Assembly: GCA_965140705.1 (NCBI GenBank)
Contig: OZ223300.1
Location: 704,001-768,000 of the forward strand
Reading direction: 5' to 3'
From: an uncultured Arcobacter sp.
GTDB lineage: Bacteria > Campylobacterota > Campylobacteria > Campylobacterales > Arcobacteraceae
Length of the DNA stretch: 64,000 nt
In this document: in pieces, positions 43,400-52,543 of the stretch
Layout of the letters: each line of letters starts with the position of its first letter
Numbering within the stretch: position 1 is the stretch's first letter
Position numbers and translations under genes: made by a program
The notes under the pieces: model-generated
The model's database searches: none
What the model was told of the DNA's origin: nothing
What the model saw: the letters and a program-made list of their open reading frames with translations, nothing else

Positions 43400-43987
43400 C
43401 TATATATTATACTTTTTCAGATGAATTAAAGAGTCTAAATGCATTGTAATATAGGGGTTAGATTCTTTTCCAATATATTTATAAAATTTTATATTATTGA
43501 TGTTAGTTACTAGTTCAAAATCATCAAAATTGTTAAAATTTTCAAGTTTTCTATGGGTATTTATATATCTTGTTTGATAATCATCAAAAATATATGAGTC
43601 AAAAGCGGGTGAAATTTTTCCATTTTTTACAAGATTACTTCCAGAATCAGAAATTCCTGGGCAATTAATATCATAATAAACTACATTATCAATATTTGTG
43701 CTAAGGGGATATGCTTTACAAACCGTTGGTCGATTTTCATAAATTGTACATTTAAAGTCTTCAATATAAGGGCATAAACTTTTTCCATCACTTAAAAGTA
43801 TAGTAGCTTTTAAGTATCCCATATCTCCAAAGGTGAATAAAATAGGAAAGTTTTTATATACACTTTCAAAATCTTCAAGAATTATTTGACAATAGATACT
43901 TCCTTTTCTTCCATCACAGCATCTAGCCTCACAATTTTCGCAAGTAGAGAAAAAAATATCTTTGTCAATTTTTAAAAATGATTTGAT
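43400..43987 (-). CDS. YkgJ-family (CxxCxxCC) cysteine-cluster protein, 195 aa, apparent ATC start
   Basis: CENCEARCC upstream in frame; CPY..CTIYENRPTVCKAYP; AAGGAG 5 nt before ATC. Confidence 0.8.
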   Translation of the reverse strand: MKSFLKIDKDIFFSTCENCEARCCDGRKGSIYCQIILEDFESVYKNFPILFTFGDMGYLKATILLSDGKSLCPYIEDFKCTIYENRPTVCKAYPLSTNIDNVVYYDINCPGISDSGSNLVKNGKISPAFDSYIFDDYQTRYINTHRKLENFNNFDDFELVTNINNIKFYKYIGKESNPYITMHLDSLIHLKKYNI

Positions 43988-44090
43988 AGTAACTCCTTGA
44001 AATAAAAAAGAATTGTATCAAAAAATGCTAAAAGTAATATATCATCTATTTTTTTGTACAATATCACTTTAAAATTAAAAAGGCTAATTT

Positions 44091-45890
44091 ATGTGTGGAA
44101 TTGTTGGTTACATTGGAAATAAAAAAACAGAAGATATTTTACTAGATGGCTTAAAAGAGCTTGAATACAGAGGTTATGATAGTGCAGGAATTGCTCTATT
44201 AAATAATGATAAAATAGAAGTATTTAAAGCCCTAGGAAAGTTAAAGAATCTAGAACAAAAAGTAAAAACAAATCACACTTACCATTTAGGGATTGGACAT
44301 ACTAGATGGGCAACACACGGAAAACCAACAGAATTAAATGCACATCCCCACTTAGGAGAATACTCTTATGTTGTACACAATGGTATTATTGAAAATTATA
44401 AAGAGTTAAAAGAAGAATTACAAGCTGCTGGTCATAAGTTTGTATCTCAAACTGATACAGAAGTAATTGTTCACTTATTTGAATTTTATAATAACAAATT
44501 AAATGATTGTAAAACTTCTTTTCAAAATACTATAAAAAGATTAGAAGGTGCCTTTTCTATACTTTTGATATCTAAATCTTGCCCAAATGATATATACTTT
44601 TTTAAACATGGTTCACCTTTAATTATAGCGCGTGGAAATGAGAAAGATGAAGTTTTATTCGCTTCTTCAGATGCACCATTAATAGGACTTGCAAATGAAG
44701 TTGTATATCTAGAAGATGGTTGTGGAGGAGTAGCAAGTGCCAAACGAATAGAATTTTTTGATGAACAAAGAATTTCTTGGGGAGTATTACCTACTTCAAA
44801 ACAATTTGCACAAAAAGATGGATATAGATTTTTTATGGAAAAAGAGATTCATGAACAATGTGTAGTCACAAGTGATGCGATGCTTGGAAGAATGTGTGAT
44901 GAAAAAGTAGATTTTGAAGAGTTTGATTCTTCTATAATTGAAGGAATTGAAGAGATTAAAATTTGTGCTTGTGGTACCTCTTTTCATGCAGGGCTTACAG
45001 CTTCGTATCTTTTTGAAAGGTTAGCAAAAGTTAGATGTAGTGTTGAAATTGCAAGTGAGTTTAGGTATAAAGAGCCTCTATTAAATAAAAATACACTTTT
45101 TATAGTTATCTCTCAAAGTGGTGAAACAGCAGATACTTTAGAAGCCTTAAAAATGGCAAATAAAGAGGGGCTTAAATCAATTGTAGTTTGTAATGTAGAT
45201 AACTCATCTATGACTAGAGTTGCAAATTATTCAGTTCTTACAAGAGCTGGTATTGAGAAAGGAGTTGCTTCAACAAAAGCATTTTCTACTCAAACAGTAG
45301 TTTTATGGATGATGGCACTTTATTTTGCGCAATACAAAAATTCACTTAGTATTGAAGAGATGAATAGTGAATTAAAAGCTTTAAGAGAAGTTCCAAAATC
45401 ACTTAAAGTTCATGATTATACCCATGAAAAAACAAAAAGATTATCAAAAAGATATCTCCATGGACATGGTTTTTTCTTTATCGGGCGTGATGTTTTTTAC
45501 CCTTTGGCTTTAGAAGGTGCATTAAAATTAAAAGAGATTTCATATTTACATGCTGAGGGGTATCCAGCAGGTGAGATGAAACATGGACCAATAGCTTTAG
45601 CTGATCCTGAACTATTTACAATAGCACTTATGCCTCAAAATTTACTTTACGACAAAATTAAATCTAATGTGGAAGAATTAAGTGCAAGGGATAGTACAAT
45701 ATGCGCTATTTCTCCCCTTGATTTTGACTTGGCAGATGATTATATCAAAACAAATAAGTATGAGCATTATATGCTGGAATTTTTTGAGATGTTAGTTGTA
45801 TTACAACTATTTTCAATGGAGATATCTGTAAGACTTGGGAATGATGTAGATATGCCAAGAAACTTAGCTAAGTCTGTAACAGTAGAATAA
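44091..45890 (+). CDS. glmS: Glutamine--fructose-6-phosphate aminotransferase
   Basis: MCGIVG, HTRWATHG, SQSGET, PRNLAKSVTVE. Confidence 0.99.
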   Translation: MCGIVGYIGNKKTEDILLDGLKELEYRGYDSAGIALLNNDKIEVFKALGKLKNLEQKVKTNHTYHLGIGHTRWATHGKPTELNAHPHLGEYSYVVHNGIIENYKELKEELQAAGHKFVSQTDTEVIVHLFEFYNNKLNDCKTSFQNTIKRLEGAFSILLISKSCPNDIYFFKHGSPLIIARGNEKDEVLFASSDAPLIGLANEVVYLEDGCGGVASAKRIEFFDEQRISWGVLPTSKQFAQKDGYRFFMEKEIHEQCVVTSDAMLGRMCDEKVDFEEFDSSIIEGIEEIKICACGTSFHAGLTASYLFERLAKVRCSVEIASEFRYKEPLLNKNTLFIVISQSGETADTLEALKMANKEGLKSIVVCNVDNSSMTRVANYSVLTRAGIEKGVASTKAFSTQTVVLWMMALYFAQYKNSLSIEEMNSELKALREVPKSLKVHDYTHEKTKRLSKRYLHGHGFFFIGRDVFYPLALEGALKLKEISYLHAEGYPAGEMKHGPIALADPELFTIALMPQNLLYDKIKSNVEELSARDSTICAISPLDFDLADDYIKTNKYEHYMLEFFEMLVVLQLFSMEISVRLGNDVDMPRNLAKSVTVE

Positions 45891-46019
45891 AAGATTTTTC
45901 TTAAAAATATTAATTATAATATAGTTTAAAGTTATAAAAGTAAATTTTAGATAAAATTCGTAACTTTTTATAAAAGTGTTTAAGCTTTTAATTTTATTTT
46001 TAATTTTAACTTTAATTAG

Positions 46020-46149
46020 TTGGAAAACGAAAATGGAAAACAAAAGAATGGAAAACGATAAAGATAAAATTCTTATCAAAAAATTTGAAAAGCGTTTAAT
46101 TTTATCTTTTGGAAAACAAAGGAATGGAAAACAAAAATGGAAAACAAAA
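46020..46149 (+). repeat. Six TGGAAAAC direct repeats flanking an inverted repeat in the metK leader
   Basis: Copies at 46021, 46034, 46049, 46110, 46125, 46138; stem AAAGATAAAATT (46060-46071) / AATTTTATCTTT (46098-46109). Confidence 0.9.
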
Positions 46150-47354
46150 CAGAATATTTATTTACTAGTGAAGTAGTAAGTCCAGGGCACCCTGATAAGT
46201 GTGCAGATATTATAGCAGATAGTATAGTTGATAAGTTGATTATCGGAGATAGTAAAAGTAGAGTTGCTTCAGAGGTTTTTGTTGCAGGTAAACATGTTGT
46301 TATTGGTGGAGAAGTTACTTCAGCTACAAATTTATCTGAGCAAGATTATAAAGATTTAGTAATTGATGCTCTAGCAAAAATTGGATATAATGGTCACCCT
46401 CATTTTACAAAAGAGGAGTGTTTACACCCTGATGATGTAAATGTACAAGTTTTATTAAATAGACAATCTCCTGATATTAATCAAGGTGTGGATCAAGAAG
46501 ATGGTGAAACTGGTGCTGGTGATCAAGGAATTATGTTTGGTTATGCAAATAGTGAAACAGCAAACTTTATGCCAAGTGCAATTACATATGCAAGAATGCT
46601 TATGGAAAAAGTTTATGCCTATGCCTTAGCTAATCCAGATGTTTTAGGTGTTGATATTAAAACACAAGTTACAGTTGATTATGAGACAAAAGAGAATTTT
46701 GAAAATTGTTTACCAAAACATATTCATACAATAGTTGTTTCAGCTCCTTGTGTATCTTCTATGAATATAGAAGCAGTAAGAAAATTAATCTTAGGATTAA
46801 TTAAAGAGACAGATTTGCCAAAAGAGTTATTTGATTTAGAAAAAACTATTATTCATATTAATCCAACAGGAAAATATGTATCACACTCTTCTTTGCATGA
46901 TTCAGGATTAACAGGAAGAAAACTTATTGTTGATTCTTTTGGAGGATATGCACCAATTGGTGGTGGAGCACAATCTTCTAAAGATTATACAAAAGTTGAT
47001 AGAAGTGGATTGTATGCAGGTAGATGGATAGCAAAACATATTGTTGCATCTGGAATTGCTAAAAAAGCAATTGTTCAACTATCTTATGCAATTGGTGTTG
47101 CTAAACCAACTTCAATTTCAGTTGATACTTGTGGAACTTGTATTGAGGGATTAAATGATGATATTTTATCTACATTTGTACATGATAGTTTTTCATTAAC
47201 TCCAAATTGGATTACGAAAAAGTTTAATTTGGATAAACCAAGTGCAGATACTTTCCTTTATGCGGATGTAGCAGCACGAGGTCAAGTTGGACAAGAGGAT
47301 TATCCTTGGGAACAACTTGATGAATTAGACAAGTTTATAAGTTTGAAAAAATAG
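46137..47354 (+). CDS. metK: S-adenosylmethionine synthetase
   Basis: FTSE..GHPDK, GAGDQG, GLTGRK, KDYTKVDRS. Confidence 0.98.
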   Translation: MENKTEYLFTSEVVSPGHPDKCADIIADSIVDKLIIGDSKSRVASEVFVAGKHVVIGGEVTSATNLSEQDYKDLVIDALAKIGYNGHPHFTKEECLHPDDVNVQVLLNRQSPDINQGVDQEDGETGAGDQGIMFGYANSETANFMPSAITYARMLMEKVYAYALANPDVLGVDIKTQVTVDYETKENFENCLPKHIHTIVVSAPCVSSMNIEAVRKLILGLIKETDLPKELFDLEKTIIHINPTGKYVSHSSLHDSGLTGRKLIVDSFGGYAPIGGGAQSSKDYTKVDRSGLYAGRWIAKHIVASGIAKKAIVQLSYAIGVAKPTSISVDTCGTCIEGLNDDILSTFVHDSFSLTPNWITKKFNLDKPSADTFLYADVAARGQVGQEDYPWEQLDELDKFISLKK

Positions 47355-47373
47355 TTTTTAAGAAGGATATATA

Positions 47374-48243
47374 ATGGATTTGAAGAATTTATTTAATAAA
47401 ATAAAATTTGATAGTAAAAAAGAACAACCAACAAAAAAAGATGCGCCAAGTCATTGGATAAAGTGTCCTGAATGTAGTTCTTTGATGTTTTTTAAGGAAG
47501 TAGAGTCTCAAAACAATATATGTCCTAAATGTAATTTTCATATGAGAATTGGTGCTAAAAGAAGAATCGAAATCATATGTGATGAAAACTCTTTTGTAGA
47601 GTATGATAATGATTTAATTCCAAATGATCCATTAAACTTTGTTGATAGTAAATCTTATAAAAAAAGAGTTGACGAAGCTGTTAAAAAAACAGGAAGAGAC
47701 TCTTCGGTTGTAAGTGGCGAATGTACTATCAACGGTATTGGTGTTCAAATGGCAATTTTTGATTTTGCTTTTATGGGTGGAAGTTTAGGTTCTGTTGAGG
47801 GTGAAAAGATTATTAGATGTGTAAATCGAGCACTAGAGAAGAAACAAGGTGTTATTATTGTTTCAGCATCTGGGGGAGCTAGAATGCAAGAATCAACTTT
47901 TGCTCTTATGCAAATGGCTAAAACTTCTGCAGCATTAAAAAAACTTGATGCTGCTGGACTTCCATATATTTCAGTATTAACTGATCCTACTATGGGTGGA
48001 GTTTCTGCTTCTTTTGCTTTCTTAGGTGATATTATTATGGCAGAACCAGGTGCCTTAGTTGGATTTGCAGGTCAAAGAGTTATTAAACAAACTATTGGAG
48101 CAGATTTACCTGAGGGCTTCCAAAGAGCTGAATTCTTACTTGAAAAAGGTTCAATTGATATGGTTGTTAATAGAGCAGATATGAAAAAAACACTTTCTGA
48201 TTTATTAACAATGTTTTCAAGTAATACTATTCAAGTTAGTTAA
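47374..48243 (+). CDS. accD: Acetyl-CoA carboxylase carboxyltransferase beta subunit
   Basis: WIKCPEC..CPKC zinc ribbon, GGSLGS, SGGARMQE. Confidence 0.98.
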   Translation: MDLKNLFNKIKFDSKKEQPTKKDAPSHWIKCPECSSLMFFKEVESQNNICPKCNFHMRIGAKRRIEIICDENSFVEYDNDLIPNDPLNFVDSKSYKKRVDEAVKKTGRDSSVVSGECTINGIGVQMAIFDFAFMGGSLGSVEGEKIIRCVNRALEKKQGVIIVSASGGARMQESTFALMQMAKTSAALKKLDAAGLPYISVLTDPTMGGVSASFAFLGDIIMAEPGALVGFAGQRVIKQTIGADLPEGFQRAEFLLEKGSIDMVVNRADMKKTLSDLLTMFSSNTIQVS

Positions 48244-48854
48244 TGAATAAAAATCGTTTTGAAGAACTTTTAGGATTTAATCCTAAAAGTTCTTCAAATG
48301 AGTTATATGCTTTATGTGACTTCCAAACTCTAAAAAATAAAAATATTTCTTTCGATAAATTCCTAGAACTTTGTGAAAAACTTGATGCAAAAGTTATTCA
48401 ATATAGAGATAAACTTTCAAATATTGAAACAAAAAAAGAAAACCTTCTTTATTTAAAAAGCAAAACAAATATTCCAATTATTATAAATGATGAAATAGAT
48501 TTAGTACAATATTGTGATGGTTTACATTTTGGACAAGAGGATTTTGATAAGATTAATTCAAATAAACAATTAGTTATAAAACTAATAAGAAAAAAGATTG
48601 GAAATAAACTTTTAGGACTCTCTACACACAATGAAAGAGAGATATTAGAAGCAAATAATTTGGATTTGGATATGATAGGACTTGGAGCTTATAGAACAAC
48701 TAAAACAAAAGATGTTAGTGTAATGCTAGGAGATAAGATCTCTTATTTAGCAAAAATTTCAAAACATCCAGTTTGTGCTATTGGTGGTGTAAAGATTGCT
48801 GAACCTATAGCAAATATCTCTTTTAATGTAGTAGGGTCAAGTTTATATGATTAA
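48243..48854 (+). CDS. thiE: Thiamine-phosphate synthase family protein
   Basis: QYRDK, IIND, GLHFGQED, GLSTHN, AIGG. Confidence 0.85.
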   Translation: MNKNRFEELLGFNPKSSSNELYALCDFQTLKNKNISFDKFLELCEKLDAKVIQYRDKLSNIETKKENLLYLKSKTNIPIIINDEIDLVQYCDGLHFGQEDFDKINSNKQLVIKLIRKKIGNKLLGLSTHNEREILEANNLDLDMIGLGAYRTTKTKDVSVMLGDKISYLAKISKHPVCAIGGVKIAEPIANISFNVVGSSLYD

Positions 48855-49308
48855 AATAAATATCTATCAAATAGCAAAATCTTCAAATGATGAATTTAAT
48901 AAAATTATTGAAGATTTTATCAAAATGTCTTCAAAGTACGCAAAAGTTGAAATATTTAATTTATTTAATAAAAGAATTGCTAAAGCTCAAACTATTTCAG
49001 ATATAGAAGCAAAAAAATCTTATAGTGAAGTTTTTGAACCTTTTTTAAATAATGGGTATAATATAGCATTAGATGTACTTGGAAAAAAAGTTGATAGTTA
49101 TGAATTTGCAAAACTATTAGAAAATAGTGCTGTAATTAATTTCTTTATTGGTGGTGCTTTTGGATTTGAAACAAATTTTTTACATAAATGTGATAAAAAA
49201 ATTAGTTTAAGTGAACTTACTTTTGCTCATAAAATAGCGAATATAGTGTTGCTAGAACAAATTTTTAGAGGACTTTGTATAAATAATAACCATCCCTATC
49301 ATAAATAA
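48847..49308 (+). CDS. rlmH: 23S rRNA pseudouridine-1915 N3-methyltransferase
   Basis: FFIGGAFG, LLEQIFRG, HPYHK. Confidence 0.93.
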   Translation: MIKINIYQIAKSSNDEFNKIIEDFIKMSSKYAKVEIFNLFNKRIAKAQTISDIEAKKSYSEVFEPFLNNGYNIALDVLGKKVDSYEFAKLLENSAVINFFIGGAFGFETNFLHKCDKKISLSELTFAHKIANIVLLEQIFRGLCINNNHPYHK

Positions 49309-49358
49309 TTTAGAAAATTTTGAGTATAATGTCAAAATTTTTAGATTAAGGGTTAAAA

Positions 49359-49715
49359 GTGGCGAATACAAAACAAATAGATGAGTTAAAAGTTATTTTA
49401 ACAGAAAGAAAAGAATTAATAGAAAAAAATATTCAGGGGAGTAGAGACAGTCTAGATTCTTTAAAAAATTCAGAGTGTAATGATGATTATGATTACGCAG
49501 AGGTTTCAAGTGATTCATTTAAAGAGGGGATAATTGCAAATCAACAATCAAAAGAATTAAGTGAGATTGAAGATGCATTAAAAAGAATAGAAAACAAAAC
49601 TTATGGTATTTGTGAAATGTGTGATGAATCAATTGCAATTGGAAGATTAAGAGCAAAACCATTTGCAAAATTTTGTACACCTTGTAGAGAGATTTATGAG
49701 AGTGAGAATAATTAA
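49359..49715 (+). CDS. dksA: RNA polymerase-binding protein DksA
   Basis: YGICEMC..RLRAKP..CTPC; DxxDxA-like tip. Confidence 0.9.
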   Translation: MANTKQIDELKVILTERKELIEKNIQGSRDSLDSLKNSECNDDYDYAEVSSDSFKEGIIANQQSKELSEIEDALKRIENKTYGICEMCDESIAIGRLRAKPFAKFCTPCREIYESENN

Positions 49716-49731
49716 ATCTAAAGGATAATTT

Positions 49732-50748
49732 ATGGGACTTAAAAAATATATAGCTTTTTCATTGTTGTTGATAATTGCGGTTTATATATTTGTTTTCAGT
49801 ATACAAACAGGTAATTTTACAATAAGCATTTTAGATTATTCACTTGCTTTACCAATAGCAGTTTGGGTTATATTGCCTCTTGTTGTACTTTTTGTAGCAA
49901 CTATTTTGCATATAGTTTTTTATGGATTTAAAAACTATTTACAAGCAAGTGCTATAAAAAAAGACGAAGAAAATATAATAGAGTTTTTTAAGGATTTATT
50001 ATTAGGAAACAATTCTAATAAAAAGTTTAAGCAAAAAGCATTGAAAGAATTAGCAGATATTTTAGAACAAATGAAATTATCTCCGAAAGTAGAAAATTTT
50101 GAATCTTCAAATAGTGATATTAAGACTATCGTAAATAATATGATTAAAATCAATTCTGGAGAGTATGTTAGTGATAAGTCTTTTAAATTTAACAAAAATG
50201 GACAGATTGCTCAAAAAAATATTTTAAATAAAGTAAAAGAAGATGTTGATTATGCAATTGATGTTTTAAAAAAATCAAAAGATTTTTCAGACAAAATTGT
50301 AAAAGCTGCATTTTTTAATGTAGTAGAAAATAAAAGTATGACTACAATTAAAAAACTTCTTGATGGTCTAAAACTTGATAAAGAGATGGTTTTAGAACTT
50401 ATGAAAAAAGATTCAGAAAATTCTGAATTTGCATTAGACCATGAAGCAATTATTAAATATACAAAAGATGTTGATTTTAATAAAGATGATTATTTGACTT
50501 TTGCTAAACTTTATAAAAAATCTGTTCAACCAGATGAACTTATAAAAATGTTTGAAACAATTTCAAATGACAATGAATTGGCAATGGATGCATATTTGGT
50601 TGTTTTATTTGAATATGAAATGATTGACAAGGTTAGAGAGACTTTAAATGGTTATAAAAAAGAAGAATACCAATCTTTCAGAGCTCTTTTAGATTTAAAA
50701 GATTCAGGTAAATATTATACTTTAGAGAATCTTTGTTATAACAAATAA
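49732..50748 (+). CDS. Conserved hypothetical membrane-anchored protein (two N-terminal TMs, helical body)
   Basis: 338-aa ORF with AAGGA SD between dksA and dusB. Confidence 0.75.
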   Translation: MGLKKYIAFSLLLIIAVYIFVFSIQTGNFTISILDYSLALPIAVWVILPLVVLFVATILHIVFYGFKNYLQASAIKKDEENIIEFFKDLLLGNNSNKKFKQKALKELADILEQMKLSPKVENFESSNSDIKTIVNNMIKINSGEYVSDKSFKFNKNGQIAQKNILNKVKEDVDYAIDVLKKSKDFSDKIVKAAFFNVVENKSMTTIKKLLDGLKLDKEMVLELMKKDSENSEFALDHEAIIKYTKDVDFNKDDYLTFAKLYKKSVQPDELIKMFETISNDNELAMDAYLVVLFEYEMIDKVRETLNGYKKEEYQSFRALLDLKDSGKYYTLENLCYNK

Positions 50749-50749
50749 T

Positions 50750-51700
50750 ATGAAAAAACTTGATTTTAGCCAACCCCTAATGGTGTTGGCTCCTCTTGCT
50801 GGATATACAGATTTACCTTTTCGTGCAGTTGTTAAAAAATTTGGTGCAGATTTAACTATTTCTGAGATGATTTCATCAAATGCACTAGTTTATAGTTCTC
50901 AAAAAACTTTTAAAATGATAGAAAAATCTCCTTCAGAAGATCCATATTTTGTACAAATTGCAGGTAATAAAGCAGAACTAGTTCGTGATGCAGTTGAAAT
51001 ACTCAATGATATGGAAGGTATTGATGGTATTGATTTAAATTGTGGTTGTCCAGCACCAAAAGTTTTTAATCATGGAAGTGGTTCTAATCTTTTAGGTGAT
51101 TTGAAAAAATTAGAAGAGATTTTAGGAACTGTAAAAAAATACAATAAAAAACTTTATACAAGTGCAAAAGTGAGAATTGGAGTAAATGAAAAGATTCCAG
51201 TTGATATTGCAAAAGCAGTTGAATCTTGTGGAGTTGATTTTATCTCTGTTCATGGAAGAACAAGAGCTGGGAAATATAAAGCACCAGTTGACTACGATGC
51301 AATTAAAGCGATAAAAGAAGCCGTTTCAATTCCAGTAATTGCAAATGGTGATATAAAAGATTATAAAAAGGCTAAAGAAGTCCTTGCTCATACAAATGCA
51401 GATGGATTAATGATTGGAAGAGGTGCTATTGGTAAACCTTGGATTTTCTATCAATTAAAAAATGAAGTAGAAGATATAAGTGAAGATATAAAAAAGGCTA
51501 TTATTTTAGAGCATTATGATGCAGTGTTAAAGTTTCATGGTGAACATGGTGCCATAATGTTTAGAAAACTACTTCACTCTTATTCTAAAGGCTACAATGG
51601 TGCCTCAGAGTTTAGAGATATTATTAATACTATAAAAGAACCAGATATTATGAGAGATACAATTGAAAGTTTTTTTACAGAAAATGAGTTACAAAATTAA
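50750..51700 (+). CDS. dusB: tRNA-dihydrouridine synthase
   Basis: LAPLAG, NCGCP, HGRTR, NGD, GRG. Confidence 0.88.
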   Translation: MKKLDFSQPLMVLAPLAGYTDLPFRAVVKKFGADLTISEMISSNALVYSSQKTFKMIEKSPSEDPYFVQIAGNKAELVRDAVEILNDMEGIDGIDLNCGCPAPKVFNHGSGSNLLGDLKKLEEILGTVKKYNKKLYTSAKVRIGVNEKIPVDIAKAVESCGVDFISVHGRTRAGKYKAPVDYDAIKAIKEAVSIPVIANGDIKDYKKAKEVLAHTNADGLMIGRGAIGKPWIFYQLKNEVEDISEDIKKAIILEHYDAVLKFHGEHGAIMFRKLLHSYSKGYNGASEFRDIINTIKEPDIMRDTIESFFTENELQN

Positions 51701-51729
51701 ATTAGATTAAATTTTATAAAGGGCAATGT

Positions 51730-52542
51730 GTGAAAGAAAATTATTATGAGTTAGTTATAAATGTGAAAAGTTCACAAGAGTTGTTCTTAGATTTATTAAC
51801 TCAATTAACTCAAGGTGCAGTTGAAATAGAAGAAAATACACTTATTGCAAGAAGTGAAGAGAGTCTTGAAGATGTGGAACTTGGAATTAAAGAGTTTGCA
51901 AAGGCTTTAGGAGTTGAGTGTAAAACTTCTATAGAAGTGAAAAAAAATGAAGATTGGATAAAAAAGTATCAAGAATCTGTAAAAGCAGTAGAAGTTGGCA
52001 AATTTTTTGTAAGACCATCTTGGATTGAAGCTAAAGATGATAAAATTGATATTATCATAAATCCAGCACTATCATTTGGTTCAGGTCACCATGAAACAAC
52101 AAATAGTTGTTTAGAAGCTATTTCAAAATATATGAAAAGTGAATATGAAGTTCTTGATGTGGGGTGTGGAAGTGGTATTTTATCAATTGCAGCTAGCAAA
52201 TTAGGTGCTAAAGTTGATATTTGCGATACAGATGAAGTCTGTATTGAAAGTTCAAAGTCTAATTTTTTGTTAAATAATGCACATTTCTCACAAGCATGGA
52301 CAGGAAGTGCAATGGCTTCTAATAAGAAGTATGATTTTGTTATTGCAAATATCGTTGCAGATGTTTTAGTAATGATTTCAAAAGAGTTAAAAAAATGCTT
52401 AAAAGAGGGGTCTACCTTAGTATTATCAGGAATATTAGATAATCATTTAAATAAAGTGTTGAAAAAATTTGAAGATTTAGAACAAATTGAGGTAATTCAA
52501 AAAAATGAATGGGTTACCCTTGTATTAAAAAAAGGAGTTTAG
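51730..52542 (+). CDS. prmA: Ribosomal protein L11 methyltransferase
   Basis: SFGSGHHETT, DVGCGSGIL, ANI, SGI. Confidence 0.95.
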   Translation: MKENYYELVINVKSSQELFLDLLTQLTQGAVEIEENTLIARSEESLEDVELGIKEFAKALGVECKTSIEVKKNEDWIKKYQESVKAVEVGKFFVRPSWIEAKDDKIDIIINPALSFGSGHHETTNSCLEAISKYMKSEYEVLDVGCGSGILSIAASKLGAKVDICDTDEVCIESSKSNFLLNNAHFSQAWTGSAMASNKKYDFVIANIVADVLVMISKELKKCLKEGSTLVLSGILDNHLNKVLKKFEDLEQIEVIQKNEWVTLVLKKGV

Positions 52543-52543
52543 T

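Noticed and set aside
43988..44090. glmS ribozyme
   Set aside because: Short AT-rich divergent promoter region with no recognisable ribozyme core
46020..46149. Repeat array as a mini-CRISPR
   Set aside because: Repeats are 8-13 bp with 5-7 bp gaps, and there are no cas genes
45976..46176. 66-aa GTG ORF upstream of and overlapping metK, as a normal protein gene
   Set aside because: No SD, low complexity and built from the repeat array; treated as part of the metK leader
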